The notes under the pieces were generated by a model that was given only the letters and a program-made list of their open reading frames with translations, was not told where the DNA came from and ran no database searches. From Pocillopora damicornis (taxonomy: Eukaryota), in NCBI RefSeq assembly GCF_003704095.1, contig NW_020847331.1, forward strand, positions 434,001 to 498,000: a stretch of 64,000 nt of DNA, written 5' to 3'. The position numbers were made by a program, and so were the translations under genes. Positions 1 to 10,579 of the stretch are shown piece by piece; positions within the stretch are counted from its first letter, which is position 1, and the number at the start of each line of letters is the position of its first letter.

Positions 1-3000
1 ATATCATTATCTCCTCTAAGCTTACAAAAGAACACTGGATGTAAGGAGATAAGCGAGTACTTTATAGATGGTACAGATATCCTAAGGAAATTTGAAAAAC
101 AGCAGGATTATTGAATTCTTTTCGAGTTTTTCCCGACCAAAAAGAGACAAAAATCACGAATGGACACTCAGCTGTTTTTACTTGGATTCAGTATAAAATC
201 GGGTATGAAAAAATAATAAAAGTAGAACAATTTCTCGCATTCAATATCGTAAATAGACTAAATATCTTAGTTAAATAGGGTTTCTACATCGGATGTGATA
301 AAGTAAGATAATTGTTTTGTGTTTGAAATTTATTTTTGAAAAAATCGAAGTCAGTAATAACTCTGCATTAATGCTTTGGTTAAATAGCCGAGGAAAAGAT
401 GTCACCGCTCTTTGAACGAAGTATTTCACGTGAAAGTTCATTTTACCAAACACTAAATTTAAAATAACTGTGTCCTTCTTTGATGAAATAGAACGATCAA
501 GTCTTAAAAGATGGTAGCGATTCGACAAACAGAGTAAAAAAAATGTATAATACCTTAAAATTCATCCATTCAAGAGAAAATTTAGTAGTGCTGTTTCTAA
601 CTTATACGCCATGCACACCAAAGCTTTATTCATATTTTTAAGCTGTTTTGTTCAACACGGTTTAAATGTGTCCTTTTCACATAGAAGCTCCTTAAACTTA
701 TGCTTTTGGACTTCGGATTTAGTACATTGAAAACACAAGCTATCCACTGGTGACCGATTGCATTTGAAAGCTATGGCAACTTCAGGTTTTCTTTCAGTTC
801 TCTGTCTCTGATTTTCGTTTAGCAAAGCCCGATTTAACTAAATATGTTTTGCTAGTGTGAAAGATGGTTGTAAGCTGCATGCAAACGAAAAATTTGAAAC
901 TTGCTAACTATGGCCGCGGTGTTTGTGAGACTCGCTCAGTTGTTGCTTTGGTTGAATTTCTTTAAAGATTAGCGGGATAACTGTTGAGGAAAAAAAAAAC
1001 CACAGTCTTTTGTTTGAAAAATGATGGTCTTCTGATAGCGGTCGATGAAGAATTCAAATGCAAATTGATTCCCACAACATCTTTATAATCAGTTGATAAG
1101 AATCATCATGTCTATATTGCCGAAAGTTTCTCAAAAATATATATATAAATCAAGTTATCGATAAGCGAACTCTGTTACGATTGCGTGTGGAAGAAATCAG
1201 TTCCAATAAATTCAAATGTAAGTAGTTTTGCTTCATCCAATTTGAAATAATTTAATTTGTTTATATTGCGCTCTACAATTGAAGCTTACTGAACTCTGAA
1301 AACGTCCATTTCAGCATCAGTGAATGCAGGGAAGAGTTTTTTTTATTATTCTCATTAGGGGAGAATGAGTGACAAGAGCATCGTATATGGAGTTTTCTTA
1401 GCTTTTTTCTCTTCTGAAGGGCCCACGTCTTGGTTGAAGAGAGTTCTTTATCCGCTTCAGCCTGAAATAAAGTGTTCATTGGTGAAAAACGTGACCCAAA
1501 GCGCATTGTTTAGATTTCCGCACGTGACACTGCAATAATTTAAGAGTGCTTTGGGAAATGTTTGTTCCTTTGGAGATATCCTTCTTGGCACCGAAGTGGT
1601 TTTCTATTACACATTTCCTTAATCGTGGGAAGATTTTGTTTGTTGAACTGGCAGTATCGGAAACATCTCAGTGACCTTACGTTTCTCAGCTAGAAACCAT
1701 CCGATTTCTAGGACCAAAACATGCAAAGAGGCATTGTTCGCGGTTGACGGCAAACCACTCAAGAATTAATTTGGTAAATATTATCGCGAAGACAGTTTGA
1801 TAAGATTGCATAAGCTATTCCATTAGTTTGTCAAAGTGATCATGAGTAAGATATTAACTAAATCGGCTATTTTTTTTCCTTCCTGGGGATTGTTTTGATC
1901 AGTCAGCCAAAGTCTGCGTCAAAGGTAGGAAGTTATGAAGTTTTGATGAACATCTGTTTCATTCACGAAGAAATTGTATCAAAGAAAGAAGCTATAACAG
2001 CCCGGGTTTTGGATGAAACCTGATTTGAATAACGCTCTACACGGATTACTCGGTATTAACGGACAAACGACTGATGTCGGCTTCGTTTTCAGTTGGCACT
2101 TATCTTGGTCACGCCTACATGACCTTATAATAATTAAATTATAACTTTCGACGAAGGGGTAATCCTACAGCTGATCCTAGATTTAGTTTATAACCTCTGT
2201 TGTTCTCTCATTTTTCGATGAACAACCTTAAACGAAACATAACAGAAAGCCATCAGGGTATCCGACGCAATATATGGTATTTGACAGGAGTGTTTCCGAT
2301 CGATTATTTTCCTTGAATTTGTAATTTGCCAGCTAGGTGAATGATTTTACTAAATTTATGGAGAAAGTGTCGAGTTGGCGATAAAGCTCAGTTCGTGAAG
2401 GCAGAGATTTCTTCAGTGGTAATGTACGTAGTTTTCGTATGTCTTCGATTATTTGTGCACTAGGAGTAACAGATGCAAAGTCCAAAGTACTTTTCCCAAC
2501 GTTTACAATAGACACTTTTTGTTATTATTTGGGATAATTTTGTATTGTCTCGTCTTTTCATCTGGTGCCATTAATTGTTATTTGTAATCTCGAACCTTCA
2601 ATTCGTCAAGATTCAAGGCAAATGATACTAGAGGCATCTTTCTATCGACGATGCCTGAAGCTCTGCTGACCAACATCAAAGCCACGATAGCTGTATGCAA
2701 CTAAGTGAAATCTTTTGAGACTTTGTTTATCAAAACTGAGTTCGAAATATTTTGTCAATGGTGTACAACATTTTGGCGATGTGTTTGTAAAACGCACAAC
2801 TGGATAGGGCCATTTTTGGAACAAAGCGAAGATAAACGACAGAGTGACCCGAAGGGCAACCCATATTTTCACTCATGGTAAAACCGATTTAACGTAAAGG
2901 AAGCGATTTATGTTAATTCCCAGTGGTTCTTAAAGCGTTTTTCAGCAAAACATTTTCCGTTGACACCTTTCATTGACCTTGTTCACCAACAGAAAGTTGA

Positions 3001-4407
3001 TGATGGAGTTTGTTTAGAAAGCAGACTGAATGTGAACGAGAACAGGAGCCCATTACTCCTGACGAGAATCATTTCCGAGGCCGTATTTGCTCTTAGTTTC
3101 TTTTTCTTGTATTATATCCCATTGTATTCTGTGGATTATACCTAAGTCTTGTAAAGGTAACCTAGATTTTAATGATAATAATAAAAAAAGAAAAATATAT
3201 TTGTTCTTGACTACTGAGTATTGAAGCCGCCATTCAGGAAGATGTCGGCGACAAAGCTTTGCATGAGAATATCTAACAAATTTTCTTTCTATTCTAGTGT
3301 TGCCTGACATGTTCTGAGGTGTGGTCAGATTAAAAGGAGGACTTTCCCGAGCAATTGATTATCATTCTTGTTAATTCGCTGGCTCACTATCAGAAGGTGA
3401 TGTTGCATCTTTAAATAAGTACTTTGTTGTAGGTTTTGTTTGTCAATTCTTTATCTTGCAAAACAAGAGTAAGCCCTCTTGAGTCGCGTGCTATCTTCGT
3501 GCGTGAACTACAAATGTTTTTCCTGGCTTGGGAACAACTCTTGACTTATCAAATTTAAGGAGTTACAGAGTTATGATGTAAAACAATCTTGTCAGCTTTC
3601 TTGTAACTCAACCTACCGACTCCAGTCTCAGTCAAGTTTTATTGGAACACTCCACATTCCTATCAATACCAAATTTTGCTTGCATGACACCTTTAATGCG
3701 TCTCACCTCTTTTAAGAGGAAAGAAGAGGGAGTTAGAGCTAAAATGTCCAATAATAGCTTCGGCTTTCTTTGTTTACCAGAATATTGGCTCAACGGATGA
3801 GGTTCTCAGAACAGCCAATCGGGAAAACAACTTGTTTTGATTTGGTTAGTTCCTAGAAAACTTTTACCTTTCTCATCAAAGTTAAGGATTGCCAATATTA
3901 GCCCGATAAGATCGGTCCAATTTAGTAAGCAAACAGTTTTAAAATGCACAGTAAGAAGCCCAATATATATATATATATATATCATGAAACGTCTCAATTA
4001 CGGCATTCCAATAAAGGTGTCTTAAATTTCTTCTGTTCAAGAAGTTTCATGATAAACCCCCGCAAGATAACTGCAACTATAAACGTCTGGATTACATCAA
4101 AAACAAGATGATATCAATTAATTTGTTAAAGATATTGATGTGATACATCACGACAACGTAAAGTGATTGAAATTTTCCACGCTCTTGGGACAATTCACAT
4201 ATCCGATCTAATTAACAATATTTATCGATGGCATCGCTAAATGTTGCCACCAGGAAGAAAAGAACAGGTTTCAGCTTGCAACCTGGGGCACATGCTCTCA
4301 ATACTTGTGTTTTTTTTTTCGTAATAATAATTATTATTTGGCATGAAAACAGTCAGGATGGACATATAAGGTTACAAAAAGGAGCAAACAAAATATTCGA
4401 GTGTTAT

Positions 4408-4556
4408 CGTGTACTGAGTGGATGCTATAACGGTTAAAGTTGGGTTGGAATTTTCGCATTAAATTTGCATTTGTGTCTGTGCGTGTACTGAGTGGATGCT
4501 ATAACGGTTAAAGTTGGGTTGAAATTTTCGCATTAAATTTGCATTTGTGTCTGTGC
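4408..4556. repeat. 74-bp tandem duplication (2 copies)
   Basis: cgtgtactgagtggatgctataacgg...ttgtgtctgtg occurs at 4408-4481 and again at 4482-4555 with about 1 mismatch. Confidence 0.9.
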
Positions 4557-6055
4557 CCTTAGAACAATGGGTGGAAAACAGCCTGATTTTCTGCGGTGGC
4601 GTTGTTTAGGTTTTGGTTTGTCCCCCGAGATATGAATTGTGCAAAAAAAGCGGAAAAGAACAGAGACCCAAAGTGGATTAATATTCCCGATCCCTTTGGA
4701 AGTCCAGCTCTAGTGCTTTCTCACGGAATTTTTAATGATTTTTTTCTAGGGATAACAAAACTACATCACTATGATGGACGAAAACTCTTCTTTCAACGAT
4801 ACAAACTTGACAACAGGTTTGTTCTAGACTACATCAAATATACATCATTACTGGTAAACCTTGGCGCGACTGTGCGCGAAGTTAAAAATATAAAAACGCA
4901 GCAAATAACAAGAAAAGACAAGATATATTCATTTTAACCGAATTTAAATCGAAAGCGTTATCGTAAAGGAAGGTTATGCTGGTTCTGGGCTGTTATTCGC
5001 CCATTTCATAGATTTCCAAAACATTTTCAAGACTTTGGTGGGGAGTATCTGTGCGCCCATAGCCTCTAAGTGTATCGTGGCCTCTCTTAGCGACAATGTA
5101 AAAGGCAAATACTAGAGTCCGTTTTAAATGTTCAAATTTGACTCTCTCTCTATCACAAGGTTATTTAAATAGCTAAAGGTAACTCCTCTTTATACAAAAG
5201 TCCACAGGGAAAGCGAAGAGCGACTGATCAATTGTTTGTGCTTTTAATGACCTTACAGTTGGTATGAACAGAACTGAAAACATGTTTTTGAGATTAATGA
5301 GCCATTTCTTATCTTAAGATGACAAATCATTTGGCAATCTGGTAGCCTTTGCAGAATGGCCACTTTATCATTTACTAACGTGCAGATTGCCAGATTTTCC
5401 TCAAGGTTTTTACCATCCGCTGTGTTTTGATCTCAGGCCGGAACATAGTTAAAGTGCTGTTCATACGAACCCAAAGTTAAATGTAATTTACTGAAGACCG
5501 TAAAGATCATTGAGGCCTTTTCTTAGCGTTTAGTTAGAAGTAAAACGGAGCGAAATAACAAACGGCGTCGCATAGGGAAGGGGTGAAAAAGTGAGGGATA
5601 GCAAAACCTCCCTCTTTCTTCAAAACGACTATTGCGCTTCGTTTTACTTACTAAATACCTGAAACAAGCCAAGGTGATTGCTCCATCGCAATTTGAGTCT
5701 ATTTTAAGGCTGGAATCTCGGCTAGGTTTCCAGAGCCTTCCCATAATGAAATCCATCTCTTGATCATTATCTTTTTATTAAGATTACGTTAGTTGAATCA
5801 TTTAAGCACCTTCAGTTAACATCTTGTTAGCAGGCCTTTCACCAGCAATGGCCCCAGTCTAATATATTAATTAGGTCACTTACTATCACGAGGAAGTAAC
5901 GTAGACGTTGCCCATCAGATTTTCTCTGTTTGACAGTTCCTGCATTGCTACAGCAATCAATGAGGCAGTTTATTTTCTTTCGGTGTTGTTCACGTTCGAG
6001 AACACATATATCTCTTTCGTTTTCAGAGGGCCCAGACAGACTCCATGATGGATCA

Positions 6056-7210
6056 ATGTCTGACAATTTGATGATCCTGATAACAACGCTTTATGCAATA
6101 ACTTTCGTCATTGGATTCATTGGAAACTCCCTCGGACTCTACATCATCTGCAAGAAATGCGGCATCAAAGCAGCCACTCACTTACTAATCGCCAACCTCG
6201 CTTGCTCCAATTTGCTCATTGTCTTCATAGTAATTCCTACTTCAGTATCTTTCTTGTACAACGGGCACTATTGGCTCTCGGGGATTTCAGGCACTGTCAC
6301 TTGCAAGATCTCTCAATATTTATTTGTATTTCCCATTGCTACGTCCATTCTGACTATACTGGTGGTATCTATAGATCGGTTCTTCGCCGTCTGTCATCCC
6401 ATGAGAGGACAGTTGTTTCGAAAGCCCAAAAAGATGACAGCCACAATTTGGATTTGTGCGGCCATAGTTACTAGCCCAATAATAGTAATATTCAAAGTGA
6501 CCCCTTTCCCCTCTCCAGAAATAAAATGGTCGTGTAGTCAATATTTTGGACAAGATCCGCAGCTGGCAGATACTCTCTCTAAAGTATACTATGCTTCGCT
6601 ATTTACTTTACTTTACTTGCTGCCACTTCTTATCATAACTGTTCTTTACACGATCATTGGCTACAAACTGTACAATCGGAGCATTCCTGGAATGTCCCGT
6701 TCGCCAACTTTTAGAGACAGAGTGGAAAGATCAAAGCGCAAGGTTGCCAAGGTGATGGTAATGATCGTCACTGCTTTTGCAATTTGCTGGTTTCCAGCCC
6801 ACGCCGTTCACTACTACGTCACTTTCCAAAAAGAAGCCGTTTCGAGAATACCACCTTATGCGATTTCTTTACTTCTATGGATTTCGCACTCAAACAGCGC
6901 AATAGACCCATTCTTGTACATATTACTCAGCCATAACTTTCAAAGGGAGTTCCGCAAAATTATTAATCAGTGCAATTTTCGCTTTGAAAGGCGTTTATCA
7001 AGGATTTCATTCACCCTCTCCAGAAGAAACGTCCATGCAAATCGCACTGGGTCGATTGCGTGGTCATTTAGGAGATCTAACTCACACAAGGTTGATAGGT
7101 ACACTATTCGCGAAAATCCAATCGGTGAAGGGCGAGATTTGAACATGCGCAACGGATTGCTGAACGAACATCACCCACTTCAGCAAAACGTACAAGACCA
7201 TGCGCTGTAA
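6056..7210 (+). CDS. Rhodopsin-family (class A) GPCR, neuropeptide-receptor-like; 7TM region in a single exon
   Basis: Seven hydrophobic segments. Motifs: GN in TM1, NLACSN in TM2, TM3 Cys (VTCKISQY) with ECL2 Cys (WSCSQ), SIDRF, TM5 LYLLPL..Y, CWFP, SAIDPFLY and helix 8 NFQREF. The first in-frame ATG after a strong acceptor (tctctttcgttttcag, ending 6026) is at 6056, so upstream exon(s) probably exist and the true N-terminus is uncertain. Confidence 0.92.
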   Translation: MSDNLMILITTLYAITFVIGFIGNSLGLYIICKKCGIKAATHLLIANLACSNLLIVFIVIPTSVSFLYNGHYWLSGISGTVTCKISQYLFVFPIATSILTILVVSIDRFFAVCHPMRGQLFRKPKKMTATIWICAAIVTSPIIVIFKVTPFPSPEIKWSCSQYFGQDPQLADTLSKVYYASLFTLLYLLPLLIITVLYTIIGYKLYNRSIPGMSRSPTFRDRVERSKRKVAKVMVMIVTAFAICWFPAHAVHYYVTFQKEAVSRIPPYAISLLLWISHSNSAIDPFLYILLSHNFQREFRKIINQCNFRFERRLSRISFTLSRRNVHANRTGSIAWSFRRSNSHKVDRYTIRENPIGEGRDLNMRNGLLNEHHPLQQNVQDHAL

Positions 7211-7841
7211 TAGTTAAGTCATCACGGTGTAATTGCTCCAGCACAAGGCCTGTCTCACCCTTGCGACGGTGTTGTAATGTAACGTACTTAATTGCCCTCT
7301 AACTGGATGATATAATTGTCACTGGCGGTGAGATCTTCTACGCACTATTTAACCTTACTGATGTCTTTTAAAAAAAATTAATAATAAAATTTTTAAATAA
7401 GTCTATCCCATTAGAAGAGTTAGACAAATAAAGAAACGGCTGAGTACCATTGGATTCAAGAGTATCATCGTTTTAGCGATTTTCTGTTGCCCTGGTATAG
7501 AAACTTGCAATCGTAATTCAAGTATAGAGCTCGTAAATCATTAAATAAACTGAATTTACTTAGCCAAAAAAACCGTGAACTTATATTTCCCTTTTGAGAC
7601 AAGTTAATTTAGAACAAGATTAAACTAAGGGGAAGAATAATCTAGCCTGTGAAACAATCAAGGAGATTTACTCAAGCGCTGAACTATTTGAAGTCGGCAG
7701 TACACGGCCATGCGAGTATGAAGAACATTGGTAAACTGAAATTAGGAGTATTGTCGAAATTCTTTATCAAATACATGGTATCGAGCTTTCTGGAACATTG
7801 AGCTTTCTTAACCCCTAGAGCAGAGTTTTATCGTTGGTTAA

Positions 7842-8040
7842 CCCTTCTACTCCTGTGAGTGACTGAGACAGAATTTCTCCCAGAAAATATCAAACGGACA
7901 AGTGATGAGAATCGTAATAATATAAATAACAATCAGGGAAACATTAATTGATCCAATACTAAATTCTCCGAGCTAACATCATAAGAATTCTATGGCAGAC
8001 AATAAGGAGAATTACTACTTAGATCTTGGGAGTGAAAGGG
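7842..8040. mobile_element. About 200-bp MITE, TTAA|CCCT...AGGG|TTAA (piggyBac-type termini)
   Basis: ttaa-cccttctactcc ... ggagtgaaaggg-ttca. The internal sequence matches the reverse-orientation copy at 16653-16857. Confidence 0.7.
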
Positions 8041-8494
8041 TTCAAAGATTACATTATCGTTAATTGGCCCTTGACCAGAGCAATGTTAGTCGAGTGATTT
8101 ACTTGCAGTTAGTTAAATACAACTACTCTCCACAATCGCCAAGCAAATTTGAACCCTACACAGTATCTACATGTAGAGCACAGTTTTTTAGCAGAGGCTT
8201 TCTTTTGAGAAGGCAAATGTAATGCGAGGAAAGGTCAAATCAAGCCCGTCGTCCAGGCTCTTTTTATTTTAGCAACTTGGGTTTTACAAAGGAAACAAGT
8301 TCTGAGCCTAAGAAATGAACACTTTATTTCTAAACGACTTTCGTTTCGTTACTCGACGTAACAAGTACTGAATGAAGACCGTTTGCATAACATATGACTC
8401 GTACATAGGATTATTAAAAAAGAAAAAAAGGTTAAAATAAAATAAAGACATTTGAAACCAACTGCAACAAACAGTCTCAGGTATAATATACTGC

Positions 8495-8655
8495 AATAAA
8501 GGGGGTAAGTTTGTTGAGAAACTATGGTGCTACATCGTTACGTATTAACGGATAAATTGGTTTTTATCAACCGAGTTGATAATGTAGATTGGCCACAGTA
8601 AAAAGAGTTTCAAGAGCTGACATTTCAAACATTAGCTCCTCTTCAGAGTGAATCA
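8495..8655 (-). mobile_element. Degenerate Penelope-like pLTR-derived repeat with a decayed hammerhead motif
   Basis: Homologous to 10168-10390 and 20130-20285. The minus strand reads ACU-CUGAAGA-GGAGC-UAAU-GUUU-GAAA-UGUC-AGC. Confidence 0.6.
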
Positions 8656-9448
8656 GTTGGACAGCAGTTTTCAAAGGGGGTGAAAAACCAAGACTAAATT
8701 ATTTATAACAAAAATAAAATTGAACATTATCATTAACCAATAGAAACTCAGAGTGGAAACGGGTAACTGCTTGAAGAAAGTCGCCATTGGCTTCAGTTTT
8801 GATTCTGGTTAGTAAAGGGGTGGCGCAGGATTTCTAGACAAATCGCAGAGCGATGTGGAGTAACACCAAAAGGATCCTGGATAATTATCAATTACTTCAT
8901 GAGCATGCGTTGGATATGACTTGATAAATAGTCAACGAGGTGCTTAGTATCGAGTCGGCTATAAATGTTTCATTAATTACCATGAAATCCTAAACGTTTG
9001 AATATTTGAAGCGTTTTCAGCTCCGCAACAGTCGGCAATATGCATTTCCATATAAGGTGGCTCGGAGTATGAGCTAATAACCTGAGTTGAGTGAACCAAT
9101 CAGAGCATTTGGAGTTGAAAGTTGAATAACCTATACTCAACTGAAAATTTCTATGTTTGTCGATCGCATAATTCGAATAACTGAAGTCTAAATTTACCAA
9201 GGCTAAGAACTTGGAAAACTTTCAACGGTCAAGACATTTTGGAATGTTTTGTGTGACGAGATCACTTAACGCCTACTGTGTGACTTCGCACCGTGCAAGT
9301 TACAGTTTTTGTCCTTCACTTGGTTGTTACACAGTATACTTAGACTCAGTGCAGCACATAGTGACCCCTCCTGATAACTTTGCTACAAGGCCAAATATCC
9401 TAATAATAACATGTGATTGGACGTTATAAGTGGATAATAAACCGACAG

Positions 9449-9768
9449 TACAAGCTTAACTAATTGAAACTTACTTCTGTCGCCGGTGTCCCGTTAAATT
9501 GATCATTTGGTGTAACTTCTATTAAACTGGTTAGCAAACACGTGTAAGAACTAAACTGAACTGAAAGCTAATGAACTTGATATGTGAAACGGCTAAAAGT
9601 GTAAATTACAAGCTAAACTAATTGAAACTTACTTCTGTCGCCGGTTTCCCGTTAAATTGATCATTTGGTGTAACTTCTATTAAACTGGTTAGCAAACACG
9701 TGTAAAAACTAAATTGAACTGAAAGCTAATGAACTTGATATGTGAAACGACTAAAAGTGTAAATTACA
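9449..9768. repeat. 158-bp tandem duplication (2 copies)
   Basis: tacaagc..aactaattgaaacttacttctgtcgccgg...aaagtgtaaat starts at 9449 and again at 9607, with few mismatches. Confidence 0.9.
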
Positions 9769-9814
9769 TTGTTTGTGATCATTGTCAATCATTAATAATA
9801 TTTTGTCACCATAA

Positions 9815-10006
9815 CAATCACTAAGAATTAATCATCCAATATTTCCCAACAGGATCGCCTTTGAATCAAACAGCAGGGTCACCAGAATGAAGGAAATGAT
9901 CGCGAACTCAAAAATCTCTTGATTGTTTGACAAATTCTCCCTATAAGTACCATAGGAAATGTAACGAGTATGGAGAATTTGCATACTGATGTTGAGGTGC
10001 GAAGGG
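9815..10006. mobile_element. Partial TTAA-type MITE
   Basis: Shares aaggaaatgatc...tcttgattg..aaattctcc...gtatggagaat..gcatactgatgtt..gaaggg|ttaa with copies at 15070, 27036, 36484 and 42301. Confidence 0.65.
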
Positions 10007-10167
10007 TTAAAAGGAAATGAGAAAGAAGAAAATTTAGACGGAATGAATTCATCTTATCCATCTTTAACTCCACTGAATCGCGTAGGTGTTATAACTTTGA
10101 GATCGCGCGATTTCTGTGAGGAGATTCCTCATTCGTGTGTTCTTGCGCGGGAGTGACCGCTTTTTTT

Positions 10168-10390
10168 AAACAAGGTAATTTGGTATTGTTAGCTGAGTTG
10201 ACAACTTAAATTAGCCACCGTTAAGAGTTTCAAAGCTGACGTTTCGAGCGTTAGCACTTCGTTCTCTTCGCCCTGACGAAGGGCTAACGCTCGAAACGTC
10301 AGCTTTGAAAACTCTTAACAGTGTCCAATCTGTATCCTCTTCCACTGACGCAGCACCACCGTTTCCATAGAAACTTATCCCGCTTATTAA
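10168..10390. mobile_element. Fold-back Penelope-like pLTR-derived element carrying a minimal type I hammerhead ribozyme motif
   Basis: Inverted repeat of about 42 bp (10221-10262 vs 10276-10319). The + arm reads GCC-CUGACGA-A-GGGC-UAAC-GCUC-GAAA-C-GUC-AGC (10270-10303). Related copies lie at 8495, 20130 and 21705. Confidence 0.7.
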
Positions 10391-10579
10391 AGTACTTTTG
10401 CGTAATGATACACTACGTTAGTATTACGTGACACTTTTTTTGGTACCCCGCTGTTCACTCAAAAAGAGAGCGAAGGCTCGTGTTGACCACGAGGATCACT
10501 CGAATTTCGTAAACAGCGTTTAGGAACAGTCTGAAAAATAGGCCCGATTATCATGTTTTAAAGACTTTAGACTCATAAA

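Noticed and set aside
1-5900. Short ORFs (60-113 aa) upstream of GPCR1
   Set aside because: No recognisable domains or consistent exon chain. Expected by chance, and many start at non-ATG codons.
5930-6055. ORF-track N-terminal extension of GPCR1 (TTG start)
   Set aside because: Non-ATG start, and it runs through a polypyrimidine tract and AG acceptor at 6026, so it is probably intronic.
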